DNA of 62,350 nt, filler included, from Sphacelaria rigidula (Eukaryota): assembly GCA_964200075.2 (NCBI GenBank). It is 5 parts of 5 records of this genome, joined end to end, with 100 filler letters (N's around TTAATTAATTAA, not from the genome) between each part and the next. Parts side by side here need not be neighbours in the genome. Positions count along the whole stretch, not along the records: positions 37,473 to 49,861 come from CAXNAA020003823.1; positions 49,962 to 62,350 come from CAXNAA020003824.1; 3 more parts are not named here. One strand, written 5' to 3'. Below, piece by piece: positions 37,473-51,484 of this stretch. A model generated the notes under the pieces. The model was not told where the DNA came from. It made no database searches and saw only the letters and a program-made list of their open reading frames with translations. Every line of letters begins with the position of its first letter. Within the stretch, counting starts at the first letter, position 1. Made by a program: the position numbers and the translations under genes.

Positions 37473-39997
37473 CATCGGTCAAAGTGGTGGGAAAGCACTG
37501 TTTGTGGCTTGAACCTCATCTCGGAGTTACGCCTCAATTCGCACAATTTGTTGTTCCTACCGTAGCATTGCTCATGGAGCTTTTTGTTGAGGGTGATAAC
37601 CAGGTAAATGAAAATGTCCGTAACCACACCAATTCTTCAAAGTATGGTTGCAAAAATGCGCTGTTTTGCTATGTACCCTGTCGGGTGTGCGTATCGCACA
37701 AGAACATGGGTCGCCAGTGGCTCCAGCACTGAACGCGAAACTACCGGAAACTGTAGTAGAGTTTGTCCCAGTTCGAATCCGAAATACGATGGTTGAACGT
37801 ATATTATTCGGCTCAGTGTTCACAGCCGATCACCAAAACTAGAGACTGGAACTTTCAGTTGGGGATGATGACCCGGAAAATTAAGAATTTAGCTTCGAAT
37901 CCACACCAATATTTTGAAATATGGTAACGAAATGCAGCCATGTTTCGAAGAATTGGTGTGGATACGAACATTTAAATTCCCTGGGTCATCACCTTCAACG
38001 AATACTCGTAGCTCCATGATCAATTTTGCTGATCGGCTATTTGCAGAGGGGTCACATTAAGGTCTGTAGAGGACTCGCAGGTCTAAGCGATCGCCTAGCG
38101 TGTGGAAAGCGTGCGCCGCGCGCTTTTTGGCTGGCCGACTCGAGTCGAGAGGAGGTACACTGTGCCCAGGGCAATATGCTCACCCTCACCCTCCTTGCCC
38201 AAGGGTGCTTGGTCTGCCTTGAGTTGGGATGCGATTGAAGGGTGGTAGCGTGACGGTCCGACAAGATGAAGATAAGACTGAGCTTGACCCTCGGATTTCG
38301 GAGGCGACCCGGGAGAAGACCCTACTTAATGGAAAGGCCCGCGTCAATGAAGGTCAGTAATCCTGTTATCAATAGGGAGCGTGCCTGTCCGAGGACTGGC
38401 TGACTTTCAACCGGTAAAAGCGTTTCGGAAACGCGTGTCTTTTTTTGTGTAAGCGAAAACCCATCTCATCAAGTGTTGATTTGCTTCGAAGACTTTTTGT
38501 TTCTACACAACACGACGTGCCGACTCAAAATGATGACAAGAGAACAAATGAGGGCAAGTTTTCGCTAGGTTCAACTTGATGAGATGTACGCGTTTCTCGG
38601 ACACTCTAGAAGACTAGGATGATCTGAGTGACAGTACACGACGTAAAAAAGACCGTGTATAAACGTACCGTCTATTCCGTGGCGTGTTTGTTTCTCGTCA
38701 TCTTACTCCGACAGAAACAAGCCATTCGGCCAGTCATACATATCCAGCAACAACCACTGCCTTCTTGTTGGTCATTCCGTTCCCCGCCATTTTCTTCGCC
38801 TTCTTGCCGGATCACTCTACATTTTTTCGTTCATTTCTAACGTATCTAGTATTATTATTAGAGAGTGTCGTTAAAGTACACCTTGTAAATGACCATCATC
38901 GATGTAAAATTGAAAACAAAAATAATGAACAACGACATCAACAGAACGGAGGCCACCACGCTGTGTCGACAAGGAACCACAAAGCTCTACACAAAGACAA
39001 CCCATCTCATGTAACTGTTCGAAAAGGGGTTGCCCCGCCCCATCCACACTTCACTAACAAACGCATTCGCCCCTCCTCCCCCGCCGCGCTTCTCTCTCAA
39101 AAACACAGGGATGCACCTTCCCCCTCTCTCCCCACATCCCCCCCAAAAGACACATCGATCGTGACATGCACGTAACCGATCGTACTCTCTCTCTCTTCTG
39201 TTATTCGCTAGATAAGCAAACCATCTCGTGCAAAAGGAAGGGTATCTATTTTATGAAAGACCGTAACGTCATCGCACGTGAGTTACGGCCAGTGTGTCCA
39301 GCGTACAAGATAATAATAAGCACGAGATACGAGCAGCATGCTGCGACGCCAATCACTACTACACATATACACTTTGCACACAAGACGCGTATGTACGCTC
39401 ACAGCCTCCACATGGCAAACAAGAGCAAAACTCAACACCATAATGATCACATGAACCATCTTGCTTCCTTCCTCTTCCCACTCACCCGACGTTCAAGAGA
39501 AACGAACGCCACAACGGACAAAACATCAAATCTACTGCCTTATAATGGTACCTTCGGAGGTGATACGCGTGTACGATATCTGAAGCAAGATACGGAACCT
39601 ACCAGGTACTGCTGCTCACAAACGGGACACAAAAAAAAGGTGAAAAAAACAAAAACCCTGCGTGAATCGACACGATAAGAGGCTGGCTAACCCCCCCCCC
39701 CCCTCTCCTTTTCTTGGCTACAAATTTCAACATCACAACACTATGCAAACGCTGCACGCTCTTCCAAAAAAACACACAGAACAACAGTACATACCATAAG
39801 TACAACGGACAGAATCACACGAGCCGAACACCGAGGTCCAAAAAACAAGGGGGGGGGGGCGTTCGTTGCTGCTGTGCAGCCTGCGACGAGCTGATCGGTG
39901 AATGCCTTCTGGAACATGATCACATCACCACCGACCAGGACGTATCAACCAAACTGACCGTATTCCAACGAATCCCCCCCTCCGCATACTTCGTGCT

Positions 39998-40074
39998 CCG
40001 TCTCGAAAGGAATGCGCAGTCAATGATCAAACGACGAAGGCAAGCAAGAGATGAGTACGCCCCCCTCCCCCCTC
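39998..40074 (+). mobile_element. 5'-truncated LINE tail (family 1) with TSD
   Basis: Flanked by CCGCATACTTCGTGCT at 39982-39997 and 40075-40090, each preceded by a C-run. Confidence 0.85.
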
Positions 40075-43000
40075 CCGCATACTTCGTGCTTGGTGATTGA
40101 TTGCGAGCCTGGTCCTGCAAAATCCCGGCGTTCTCTATCCCGGCCTTGTACGGATGCAAGGTCAATGGTCTTCAGACTACGGCATGCAATATCATGACGA
40201 CACCCCCACCTCGACACGCTACATACAGTACAGTATGCCGCCATGATCTCGTGCAGCCGATATACGCCCCCCCCCCCCCCCCCCCTACCCCCTTCCACAA
40301 AAAACAAAACTATTTACTGCTTCTCAAAATCAAAGACAAGGAGACCTGCCCCACGGTGTTTCAACACGCTTATTGACGAAGCTTTCCGGCAATCTTTGAT
40401 GTAGAATAGAACAGCTGGTTCATCACTGGTATATCGTACCACGTCGACTGTAAAAACGGACAGCCTAAAATAGTCATAATCACGAGGGTCAACCCTTTGG
40501 CGGCCAGAGTGACAACCTATTGAACTTGCATCGTTGTCACTGGAAAGCAACTGCAATACACCCACATGATCCACCCTGAAGATCAACATTCCAACGGTGG
40601 AGTTGTGCCGCGCAAGTGACACCACGAACAAAACCATCGTTGGGAGAAAAACAAAAACGAGCAAGAAGAGACCGCTTCGCAGAGAGACGATGGCCCATAT
40701 TATATTACAGCATCATCTACAAAAAACATTTTTTCCCTCTACTTGACAAACCGTTTTTGCGTATCACTTGTGAGTTTCATCAATCACCACGACGAAGGGG
40801 GAATGCCAAAAAACAGCACAACAATTAATCGGACAGATACTGCCACGGGCTGCCACGTTTTAGCACGCATTCAACAACAACAAAAGGAATGTTGGGTGAC
40901 GACAAAGGAAAGTGGACAACCTATATATAACGTACGTTGACAGTAACGGAAAACAAAAAAGATGCATCAACGAAAAAAAATGAAATCATTTGCCTGCATA
41001 CAGACACATATGTATACGTATATATATATATATATATTGTCACGCCCTAAACACAGCTCACATTTCGACTATTGAGGGGTGAGGACAGGGACAAAAAAAG
41101 GAGCAGCAGCTTCCGCTCCACACATGAAGATCGGGAACCAGGGGACCATATCCCCAGGTTTTCAAAGTTTCGGCGTCACTACTGGTACCCACCGCACTAC
41201 AGGTAATAAAACCGCAAGTCATGCCGTAGCCGTAAATCCCCACCCACTCGAGCGTTATCATCCAGCCTTCATCCACAACATAAGTTCAGAACTGTGTATA
41301 TCGCTGAGCACACCGAAATCTTTCAACTTACTCGCCGGGTCTTGACGTGTTCGGCGACCTATTTCTATCCCGAACATCACACGCCCGATCACGCATATCC
41401 AAAGCGTGTAACTGTTGAATTATACTGAGTTATGCAACCCCCCCCCTCCCCCGATAGCCCCCTCCTTGCCAAAACCTCGCACGATCCAAAGGCGCACCAT
41501 CCGTGCTTCGACTGATATATCGGCACATTTCCAGCCCGCAACGGAGCTTAAGCCACGTCTCTTCCGCCGCCAGGCTGGCCACATCATCGTCACACGCGTG
41601 CTGCCATGTTCCGCTCATTTTGATTTTTCGTTCCAATGCTTCCCCCCCCCCCCACCTCACCCGCCGAATGTGTTTGTCGCCCGCGACTCCGCTCCCTCGA
41701 TCACAAAACGTCGCAAATCAAAAATCAGCGACGACGCGAAAAAAATACAAACAGCGTTGGCTCGGGCATCTCTGAGACGAGCGAACACTCGTCGGAAAAC
41801 TGGACGCAGAACACAACACAGCCACAACAGTCGGTGCGGTTGCAGTTGACGGGAGCTATCCCGACTCTTCCTGTACACGTCGAGGCACAAACCTTGCAAA
41901 ACAAAAAACATCCACGAGAGCCCAGGACCGGATAGATAGGCTCTGGTCGATTATGCTCTTACCGAACGTTTTCTATACTATAATGGATATAAAAAGACCT
42001 AACTAGAATAATCGATGAGAGCGTAAGGATAGACAACGATCCTTACACTGTTACACGACGGTTTCTTCGCCGTTGAAAAGGAGAGGGAACATCGTGAGCC
42101 GCAGACTGCAACTCCCTCCAAAAAGACAACAAATCCCATTTCAGTTCTGCCGCCGCTGCTGCTACTGCGGTTCTTTTTTTTCCGTGTCCGGTTGTCAACA
42201 TAACTCACTTCAGCCCGAACACCCAGACCCGCAGTCAAGAGTTGCTGCAGGCGATCACAAACAAGGAGGAACATCCCAACACTACCATTCACACCAACAC
42301 GCACACCATCACATGCTCGCTAGATTACCACAGGACGGCGAGGGGGATGGATGTTTCGCACGATCGTGGTCGTAACACCGTTGACCTCGCAGCCCGGCAA
42401 AGCCAGTACGGAGCACGCCGGGCTCTCTGCAAGAACCACGTCTACCCTTACCCTGGTGACCGAGACACTCATGTTTGCTGAACCCTAGCCCTAGCTCTCA
42501 ATCCCAAACCCCACCCGAGGCATACCGGAATCAACCTCTGGAAAAATGGGGGTGCAGAGAGGTGACCAAGGTGAAGTGTCGATTGGCAGAGCTGAGAAAG
42601 AACGCGCACTGAGCACATTCACGAGACCTCAGGACAACCAACCCGCCTAGAAGAGTCGAACATGATGGTCCGCGCGGACAGCAAGTTTTCTCCAACCATG
42701 GAATTCGGCGACGAGATGAAAACCAATTCTACTGCTAAACGACGAGCTTCACCGTACCCCCTTCTCCCCCATCATTTTCCTCCCTCCTACGCTCTACATA
42801 CCCGAATTACCCGTGCGTGTAAAAATTACAATGCGCAAAATTTAAAGTTGGAGAAAAACCAATGTATGATACACACGATGGATCGCCTGCCCTGCGAGGG
42901 ATAATTCCCGGCGGGTCCGACGACCGACCGGTTGTTCGAAACAATCGATCGGAGGCAAGGTACATGCCCATTTATCTTCTATCGTCGCTTCGCACCGTCA

Positions 43001-43568
43001 CGCACGTCCAGTCAAACTCCATGAATGGAGCGATCGTTGTCGAGAAAGGATACGGCGCATCCTCGTCAATTGGCGTCGGACAAGATACCGACCAGATCAG
43101 CGGCGAAACCTTCAAGGTCCGCTTGACCCTGGGATGCCATATCGCTCATCTGCTCAAATCCCCGCAGCCCCCCCCAAACAAACGTCAAACATTTTGCGAC
43201 AATTTTCCCACAGTATGGCAAGCAGACGGAGAGAGGAACGGGGGGGGGAGGAACTCGTCAGTTTTCCAGCCTTTTAAATACCTGCGTTGCCCAAAGTATC
43301 GACAGTAAAATTGGGAAGATTGAACAGTGCAACTAGTAGTGTTCACACCAGCATCACCATCACCTTGGACTAGGCGAGCCGACTTTCCAGTAGAACTGGA
43401 GAGACGATACTTGTGGCAGGTCACCCAGACTTTCTGATTCTCAAGTATCAGGCAGCAAAAGATTATCATAGATGTTCATACGACAAAAGTCTCGACTACC
43501 GCAACGAATGGCTGCGCACCGAGCATGTGCTTTCGGGGTTCACAAGCGCACACATACAGGGGCATGAC

Positions 43569-43611
<43 letters not shown>

Positions 43612-43820
43612 CCAACGGCAGCAAGAAGAAAAACATTCTAACGACCAATCACCACGCGTGATGGAATATGAGTACACACACCTCCGCCTTCGACAAGAAA
43701 AACAAAACATCCCAACAACCATTTGCGAACAAGCAAACCATGAGAACATGCATACTCAACACACACTCACAGTTCGGCCGCGCTCTCCAAGACTCGTAAC
43801 ACATCGTCACACCACCTCAC

Positions 43821-46255
43821 CTCAACATCCATGTCCGCCCCGCCCGGCTCGGGTGTCTCACACAACACCGCCCACAGTGCTCTGTTATCGATATTTTGCT
43901 GCTCCGCCACACTCACGGCAGCCGCCCCAGCCGCCGAACCGCCGATAGAAACTTCCCCCCTGATGCCACCCCTCGTAGCCGCGCTCGCCGTAAAAATATC
44001 AGCGTAAGTTCGCGCTGTAGTCGCTCCGTACTCCCGTCCGCCTACGCCGGCGCTGCCGCCCCCGATAGCAGGAATACTGTTAGCAGTGCGGGGCAAGGGG
44101 CGAACGAATCCTTGGGCGCCGCTTGGAGCACCGGCGGCGCGGGCGCCTGAGGATGGCAACCGACCACCCTGGAGCAAGGGACGGCTTGCGGAAGCCGCTG
44201 AGGTATTGGAGCGGCCAAACGTAGCACCACTATTGGCGAAGGAGGAAGCGAACGAAGAGACTCTGTTCGAGTTCATCATAGGGGGGGTGGTGTGGAAGGG
44301 CGGAGACGACGATGACAAAGAAACGCGCCCAGCGCCCATGATGCCTTGGATGGGCATGCCGTTGTTGCTACTGTTGCTGCTGCTGCTGCTACGGTTGGTA
44401 ACCGCGACGCTGCCTCCAATGTTGTCGGAAGCATCCAGATGGTTGCTGTCATGGTTGCTATTGTTGTTAGATGTAGAAGGGTAGAAGTTTATGTTGGAGT
44501 CGATGACTTCAAAGGCTGCAGCGATATCTTCAGAGACCGAGCGAACGGGTGCCCGTCGAGGGGCGGTTGCGGAGGTCGTGGAGAGCGTCGACGAGGATGG
44601 GAAGGGGAATGTGAACGACGACGTCGCTGCGTGTCCCCCTCGCGCTGTATCCGGAGCTTCGAAGGGGGTAACGGATGCAGCTTCACCATCAAAGCTGCCT
44701 AAGCTGCCGAAAGATGACTGCCGCTGATGTTGTGTGGGTCGGGGAGGGCGGCGGGGGGTATTGTGACCAATACAACGTTCATGACAGACCGGAAGAGAGA
44801 CTTCTGCCGATGTTTTACTTCACACACGACAAACACATATGAGGATTCAAAACTTCAGTGGATAAGGTTTTGGTAAATTGTACACAAATCACGCGTCGTC
44901 TCGCACGAACTCGTACCGTGACTTTCACCAACCCGTCCCCGAGGAGACTGTGATTTGAACCCTGTTTTCATTTCAATACTTTTACTATTCTCGTACCTGG
45001 CCCTTATCCTGTAGGGGTGGGGGGGGGTAGTGAGCATATTTGACGTCGTGTCGATGTTTACTTCAAACTAGTGGTACCACATGATTTTGCTCATGACGGT
45101 GTATGCAGCAAGGATGTCGATCAAGCTTTTCAAGGGCCGACCTACGGTATATGCTCAGCGAGGTCGAACGAAAGAAACGATTTTTGGGGAACTTGGCTCA
45201 ACTTTCCACCACTTCATTGAGAGCAGGGAGGGTACTCTTTTTAGTCTTCAGACCCAAAAAGCAGTAGTGCACGCTGAAATACCACCAAACAGTCCTTTTC
45301 TACCGTAACTTACGAGATAGGTCAACAGGCGAATCAAACACCTAACTCACATCATGGACCGTAACACCAGCCATGTACACGCGAACACAAAAAAAAAATG
45401 AGTAGAAAAAAAAATGGTTGGCCACCATCCCAAACCTCTCATTTCTCTTTCCCATCACCTGCGGCTGCGAGAGAGCAAAGGCATCGAACGATGAAGCCGC
45501 CGCCCCCAACCCCGACGGCGGTGGTCTGTTGCCGATACCGCGGTTCCCAAACCAAGACCCTTCCTGCTGGCATATTTTCATGAACGAACACAAGCGTTTG
45601 GGGGGAGGGGGGGGGATACTCATTTGTTGCTTGCCTTAGTCGTTTGACAATGGCATCCAGTAAACGGCAGTCAACGGCATTCCTTTCAAGACGGAGCACC
45701 GTTCCTTTTCCTGATAAACACCTCTAACATTTGGGCGCTCATAAAGTTTCTGCCATACAAGATATAGAAGAAACGAAGGAAGGGGGAGGGGGGTAATCAT
45801 GACGTTGCATGCCGTAACCATATGACCACTGGCCTCGCATCCTTACAAAGCCGAGACGGAGCACGCCAGGTTTTCGCCGGACGAGGCTCCCACTCAATCA
45901 CCAAGCGCGAAGCGCCGTGATGTATTCGGCGAGTGGCACAAAGGGTTAGCTACCTCCTGCTAAGGTTGTTCAGCCTGACGCGTGCTGATTATCACGCATA
46001 TAGATGACAGCCTCCTATGAGGTCCTTCATTTTCTGGTATCGCCACTTCCAGAGACAACCACGGGCTCCATCCGCATTGCCTGACGGGTCTCTCATCATC
46101 CAAACACTACGTAGTATGACCATCTCCTCTGCGGGGAGTTAAGCTTCTCCCACACCGCACAATATGATCTAGTTCGGCTACCATCACGGTTACCGAAAAA
46201 AAACGGCAACCTAGTTGCCCAGCTCACGCAGCGAGTGGCATGTTTCACGATGGGG

Positions 46256-46291
<36 letters not shown>

Positions 46292-48609
46292 GGGTGTTTT
46301 GTTTTGGTGTTCGGGCCCCAGCTCCCGCGTCTCTTGGGGGGGGGGGGGGGGNNNNNNNNNNTGGAGTTTGGCGTGCGTGGTTGGCGGTGGTTGGGTGACC
46401 TTGGCCGAGGGCTGCGTGTTGTGAGGGGGGGGGGGGGGGGGGATCGCGCAGGAGGTTAGAGCAAATAGTTCACGGTTCTGGGCTCCATTGACCTGTTGAT
46501 GAATCGAATCGACTGTCTCATACTTCGTATTCACTTGACCCACGACCGCGGACCCAACCAGAGGTACAGTAGTCACCCAGCCACGATCGATGGACAGATA
46601 CCATGTACCCAAGATAGACATGAGAAACGGACAGCATTCGCCAAGTTCTCAACCGGAACGATGAAAGAAACTTGGAATAGCCGGAGCCGAGATCTTCGCG
46701 AACAAAAGCAAGGCACCGCACTACCCAACACAGAGACCTCGTTTTACTTTGAAAAAGAACTCGACGGAGAATCTCCAATACCCAACTTTCGAAGGCATCG
46801 GCGCCGCAATGTTTACCGTGACATTGTGGTTACCTCTCTTCACGAATATGGGGTCGGAGCGGGGGGGGTGTACTCATGATCATGCATGCCATAGCGGGGG
46901 GGGGGGCGATCATGTACCACGTACAGCACATCCGGCACACTCCGCGAGTGAGCAATAATATATCAAGAGCAGGTCGAGTAGGGTGTACCCGATTTTGTTT
47001 GGTACTTTGAAAAGTTGAGATCCGATTCATGCCCACAGCATTAACCAGCCTAGTGATGTTGTTCCCCTCTCTAAAGCCCCCTCCCCACTCCCCCCGTACC
47101 ATCCCGCGGCTTCCGACCGGCTAAATCAACACCTCGGTCACATACCCATGACACATCCTCCGTAGAACACACGGGCAGACACACACCTCAACGTGTTCAG
47201 GACGGCTACTTCCACTTCCAGCTCCTCCAACTTCGACTCCCCCGCCGTACGCCGACTTCGATATTGCCTCGGCCTGCCTAGCAAGGCCGTGCCGCCATTG
47301 AATACCGGCACTGCCGCCGCCAGGCCGTGCTGCGGTTGCATCGATTGCTGGCATTGACGGTGCTGCAGGGTTCACGGCACCGGAAGCAGTGATCGAGGTC
47401 GCCGCTCCGGCCAGAGTAGTGTAAGAGGAAGGTGGTGGAGGCGGCGGGAGCGGTGGCGGCGGGGAGTGCGATTCGCTGCTGCCGTTGCTGGACGGCGCTG
47501 ATCTCGACGGCAATTGTAGGGGTGATGGTGCGACTCCAGCCATCGGCACGCTCCTCGCGTTACTACAGTTTTTGTGCGATGATCCTATTGTCGATGTTGC
47601 TGTTGCCGTTACTTTTGCTACTGGTGCCGTGCTTGATGAACAGGAAGATGGCCGGTCATTTCGACTCGCTGTCGATCCTACCGTGATCGGCGCCGCGGAA
47701 GATGTTCTGGATGTTGCCGCCGCGGCCGCCGCTGCTGGCGCTGCTGCCGAAGTGTTGGCAGGACGGGCCGAGCAGGCCGAGTGGGATTTTCGAGCGGCCG
47801 TTTTCACGGCCTCTTTGATTTTCTCTGCCCATGCCGTCGCTTCTGGCGCTGAAACATGAAAAAAAGGAACAAGTGAAGAAGGGGCGTTAGCGCAATAAAT
47901 AAGGATGGCGCGTTGAAGGATAGGAGCACAGCTTATTTTTCGCACGTGTGGTGTGGTGTGGTACGCTGTAGAACAGTACCACTGTCCGGTGCAACGTTTG
48001 CACGAAGGTAGCAGTACCAGACATGAATTGGCGTATGATCGGTTTGACGTTTTGCAGGAGTATTACGCACAATCAGAATATTTAGTTGATGAGAGTGACG
48101 CGGAACAAGGAGGTTATCGGTACATACGGAGAACGACTGACGCACACATGCTTGCGAATATGACATGAAACTTGGGGTTACAATACAACAAAACATACGC
48201 ACAAGAAAAAAAAGCGACTAGAGAAGGTACACCCGCACGTTTCTCACCCGTACATGATACTATTTCGGACCAAATATGCAGAATTGGAGGAGACACGTGC
48301 CAGAAAACTGGTTTTCGATCGGAATTTCCAAGCAAATCAACTGGGTATGTGCACCATGCTGCGCCTGTACCTGCAAACAATACGAGACACGCATTCGCCT
48401 TGTACGGCCCAAGCGCAGCACGAGCTTCGCTTCAAAGTTATCTCCCCCTACAAGCGCACTGCAGCAAACGTGCACAGACCTGAGCGAGCTGAATTAGCGG
48501 CTGCTGCGGCAGCAGTTGCCGCTACACCCCATCTAGGACAGTGCGGAGGGACCTGGAAGGCACCGTAGGGATCTCGACGGGCACACTCCGCTAACGCTCG
48601 GTGGGTCGC
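43821..48609 (-). CDS. Multi-exon host gene of unknown function (Ser/Ala/Gly/Pro-rich); exons ~48480-48609, 47187-47848, 45459-45563, 43821-44723; probably extends on both sides
   Basis: All four exons have AG/GT boundaries with compatible phases and join in one open frame (ATHRALAEC...SAPEATAWAEKIKEAV...HVE|EGSWFGNRG...QPQ|RQSSFGSLG...DMDVE). The last donor is uncertain. Confidence 0.65.
45598..46190 (-). mobile_element. Adjacent non-LTR 3' fragments: family 1 (~45598-45780) and family 2 (~45785-46190)
   Basis: Reverse complements of the tails at 22300-22465 and 28480-29330. Confidence 0.75.
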
Positions 48610-49147
48610 CTGCATTGTCCAGTAGAATTTCAACAAATTTACCAAGAGCAGTAAGCGACGGTTGATGAGTTATACTTGGTTTCAGTCTAGTATTGACCAT
48701 ATTCGAATCTTTCACAGGGTTCCAGACTCTGGACACCATGTGGCCAACAGCTGCACTAGAAAAACAACTTGTACTGAAAGTACCGGCCTATCCCAACTGT
48801 TTTCGATTTTGCGAACTACATTTATTTTCTGTTGCAACGATTGACCACATTTTGTTCAGGGTGCGCAGGGTTCATAGAAGGGTGCGCACAGCGCTCTTTG
48901 GCTGAAATCAGCGCCTGCGTAAGCTAACACCAAAGCACAACTACATCGGCCTGGGGTATTGTGTACACCCCCCTTGCTCGAGGGTTCTAGGTTTGCCTTG
49001 AACCGAGTCTAGGGTTTGGGTCTTACAGGGTCAACCCTTTCACCGCGAGCATAGGATATCTGTTGAGTCAGCATCACTTTCACTTGCAAAATCAATCCAT
49101 GACCAGATTACCTACCCTCGCGATCCAAGGGTCAAGAGTCATATCCC

Positions 49148-49193
<46 letters not shown>
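49148..49193. repeat. (CAA)n microsatellite
   Basis: Seen directly. Confidence 0.95.
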
Positions 49194-49390
49194 CGAGATG
49201 TGTATCAACGACTGCCACGTTGCGCTGAACCAGTGAAGAAACACAGCCTCGATTCGAAAAAAAAAGAAAAAGACAAAAAAAGTGCCTCAAGATCGGTTGC
49301 GAGTAACGATGAACGCGTCGACTTGTGGACAGCATGGCTCTGACAAGCCCCTGGGGTTTTCCGTATTTCTGGCCCCCCAAGTAATCCACC

Positions 49391-49450
49391 GTCTCGAAAG
49401 GGATGCGTGGTCAATGGTCAAATGACTAAGGCAAGCAACAAATGAGTACG
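49391..49450 (+). mobile_element. 60-bp LINE tail (family 1) with perfect 17-bp TSD
   Basis: CCCCCAAGTAATCCACC at 49374-49390 and 49451-49467. Confidence 0.9.
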
Positions 49451-49861
49451 CCCCCAAGTAATCCACCACGATCATTTTCCGCGATCAATAGCTGGCCAAC
49501 CGTCTGATCCCCACAAGGGACTCACTCACTCTCTAGAGAACTCAAAACTATTCACCCGTGTGTCATGCTCCAAACTACATCCACGAGCCTAGACTTACAA
49601 CTAGAGAACGAGCACAGCCCTTCCTAACCGTCTCGACTCTTCCGTGGAAGCGACCACAGTGTTTACAGAGGGTTGGAATATGAGCATTCAATGATCAACG
49701 GCTGAGTGAGTATCTCATCTTTACCCGTCCCCCCCCATGACTCTAGCCAAGCGTGATCGGTCGTGAGATAAACATACATACCCGACGTAATAGACGAACA
49801 AGTGACGGTATTACCGAAACAATCTCGACTGAGACTCGACCACAAGGACGGGGGGGGGGGG

Positions 49862-49961
49862 NNNNNNNNNNNNNNNNNNNNNNNNNNNNNNNNNNNNNNN
49901 NNNNNTTAATTAATTAANNNNNNNNNNNNNNNNNNNNNNNNNNNNNNNNNNNNNNNNNNNN
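49862..49961. other. Artificial contig linker
   Basis: 44 N + TTAATTAATTAA + 44 N. Confidence 0.97.
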
Positions 49962-50239
49962 GTGGTGTACATCTGATGTAGCAAGCAGTATGGGTCGCGG
50001 TAGAGAGCTTCCACCAGAATGCGGAGACCGGCGGGCCGCCCGCCACTTGTGGCTTTGCATGAAACTATTGTCCCCATCACCTTGCCACACAGCTTTTTGT
50101 GGTCGGGGTGAGCCGCCATTTCTCCCTTTGTTGCCTGCGGCAAATTCTCTTCGAAGAGTATCAGCGTTGCGGCGCACATGCATACAACAGTAAAGTACAG
50201 CAGTACAGTGTAGTACGCCTCTTCTACTGCAGTAGGCTT

Positions 50240-51484
50240 TAGTTACGTATGCGCGTTTTTTCTTGAAATTAAGCTCCATTGTTTTTTCTACAAGCTTTTT
50301 TGTTTTGTTTTTAAGCCTCATGTTTAGCCTCTTTAGCGCAAATTAGGCGCGCTTTATGCGCCTAATTGCTGTCCTTGTTGTGGCGTTGTGGGAGTTTCCC
50401 CTCACGAGGCGCACCTGCTGGCATGAGGACAAGACGGCAAGTCGGGCATTCGAAGTTTTGTTGATGATTTATAATTGAAAAATGAAGCTTTTCTTCAGTT
50501 ATTGAGTTTGGAGACCACAACCTGCACACCTACACCCCACGTACGGAAACAACAAACGCCACTACATTGATGATACTTGATTCAGCACCACGACATCGTA
50601 GCCTCTAGACACAGGGCATTGCAGCCTTTGGCCTCTCGCCCGGCAAGCTACAAGCTACAAGCTACCACCACCCCCCTCCCCCCCTCGCACCATCTACCGT
50701 CAGTCGAAATTGCAAATCTTGTCGAACTACAGGTACCGACTGTGCTTCATCATAACTGCAGATTCGATCCGGTCCCAGCCCAAAGTCTTGTCCTGCCAGG
50801 AGTGTAAGCACCCCTCAAAATCGAAAACACTCGCTTCATAGACGCGGGCGATGGCTGGATAAGTAAAAAATCCATCGCCACGAGATACCCACTGTGAAGG
50901 CTGTTCTTGTTGTCATCTCGAAATGACAGCAAACCGTACTCGGAGTGCGCGCCTAGGGCCGCGACCAAAAAGTCGTCTTTCTCGGACAGTAGGCCCGCCA
51001 TGACCTCGTGAGTTACAAACGCTACCATCGCTCGTTATCAGTTCTCTCTATTGGTGCTGTTGTTACTACTGCTGTCTGCTGTCTGCTGTACAAAGTACAA
51101 ATGTATTTTTTATTCAGTATCTCGTCATATTTTTGAAAGCAACATAGTACCGTGTGTATTGAATATAAACTGGAGCAGTCTGCTCATCAGACCCGCAACA
51201 AAATAGGAACACGAAACATGACCATGGAAATTTGAAGTATTGAGAGTTGGAGCCTGAAGCCTGACGCCTGGCGGCCTGTTCGGTGGCGAGTTGAACCACA
51301 TGGAGCACTTGCGAGCAACAAAAGATCACAACTTCATGCGCGTTTTATGCGCGTTTATGCACTTTTTAAGCAAGTTCAGCTCGTTTCAAGCGTATTGAGC
51401 CGATTATAAGCTTGGCGCTAAACGGGCCTATTTGAGCTAGAAAAAAAGAAATTAAGCTAAACTTCATGCGCGCATACGGAACTA
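50240..51484 (-). mobile_element. Internally deleted hAT-like element retaining a transposase C-terminal dimerisation fragment (~50800-50950)
   Basis: TIR TAGTTACGTATGCGCG / CGCGCATACGGAACTA; peptide LVAMDFLLIQPSPASMKRVFSIL resembles hATC (L.IQPSSA..ERVFS). Confidence 0.65.
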
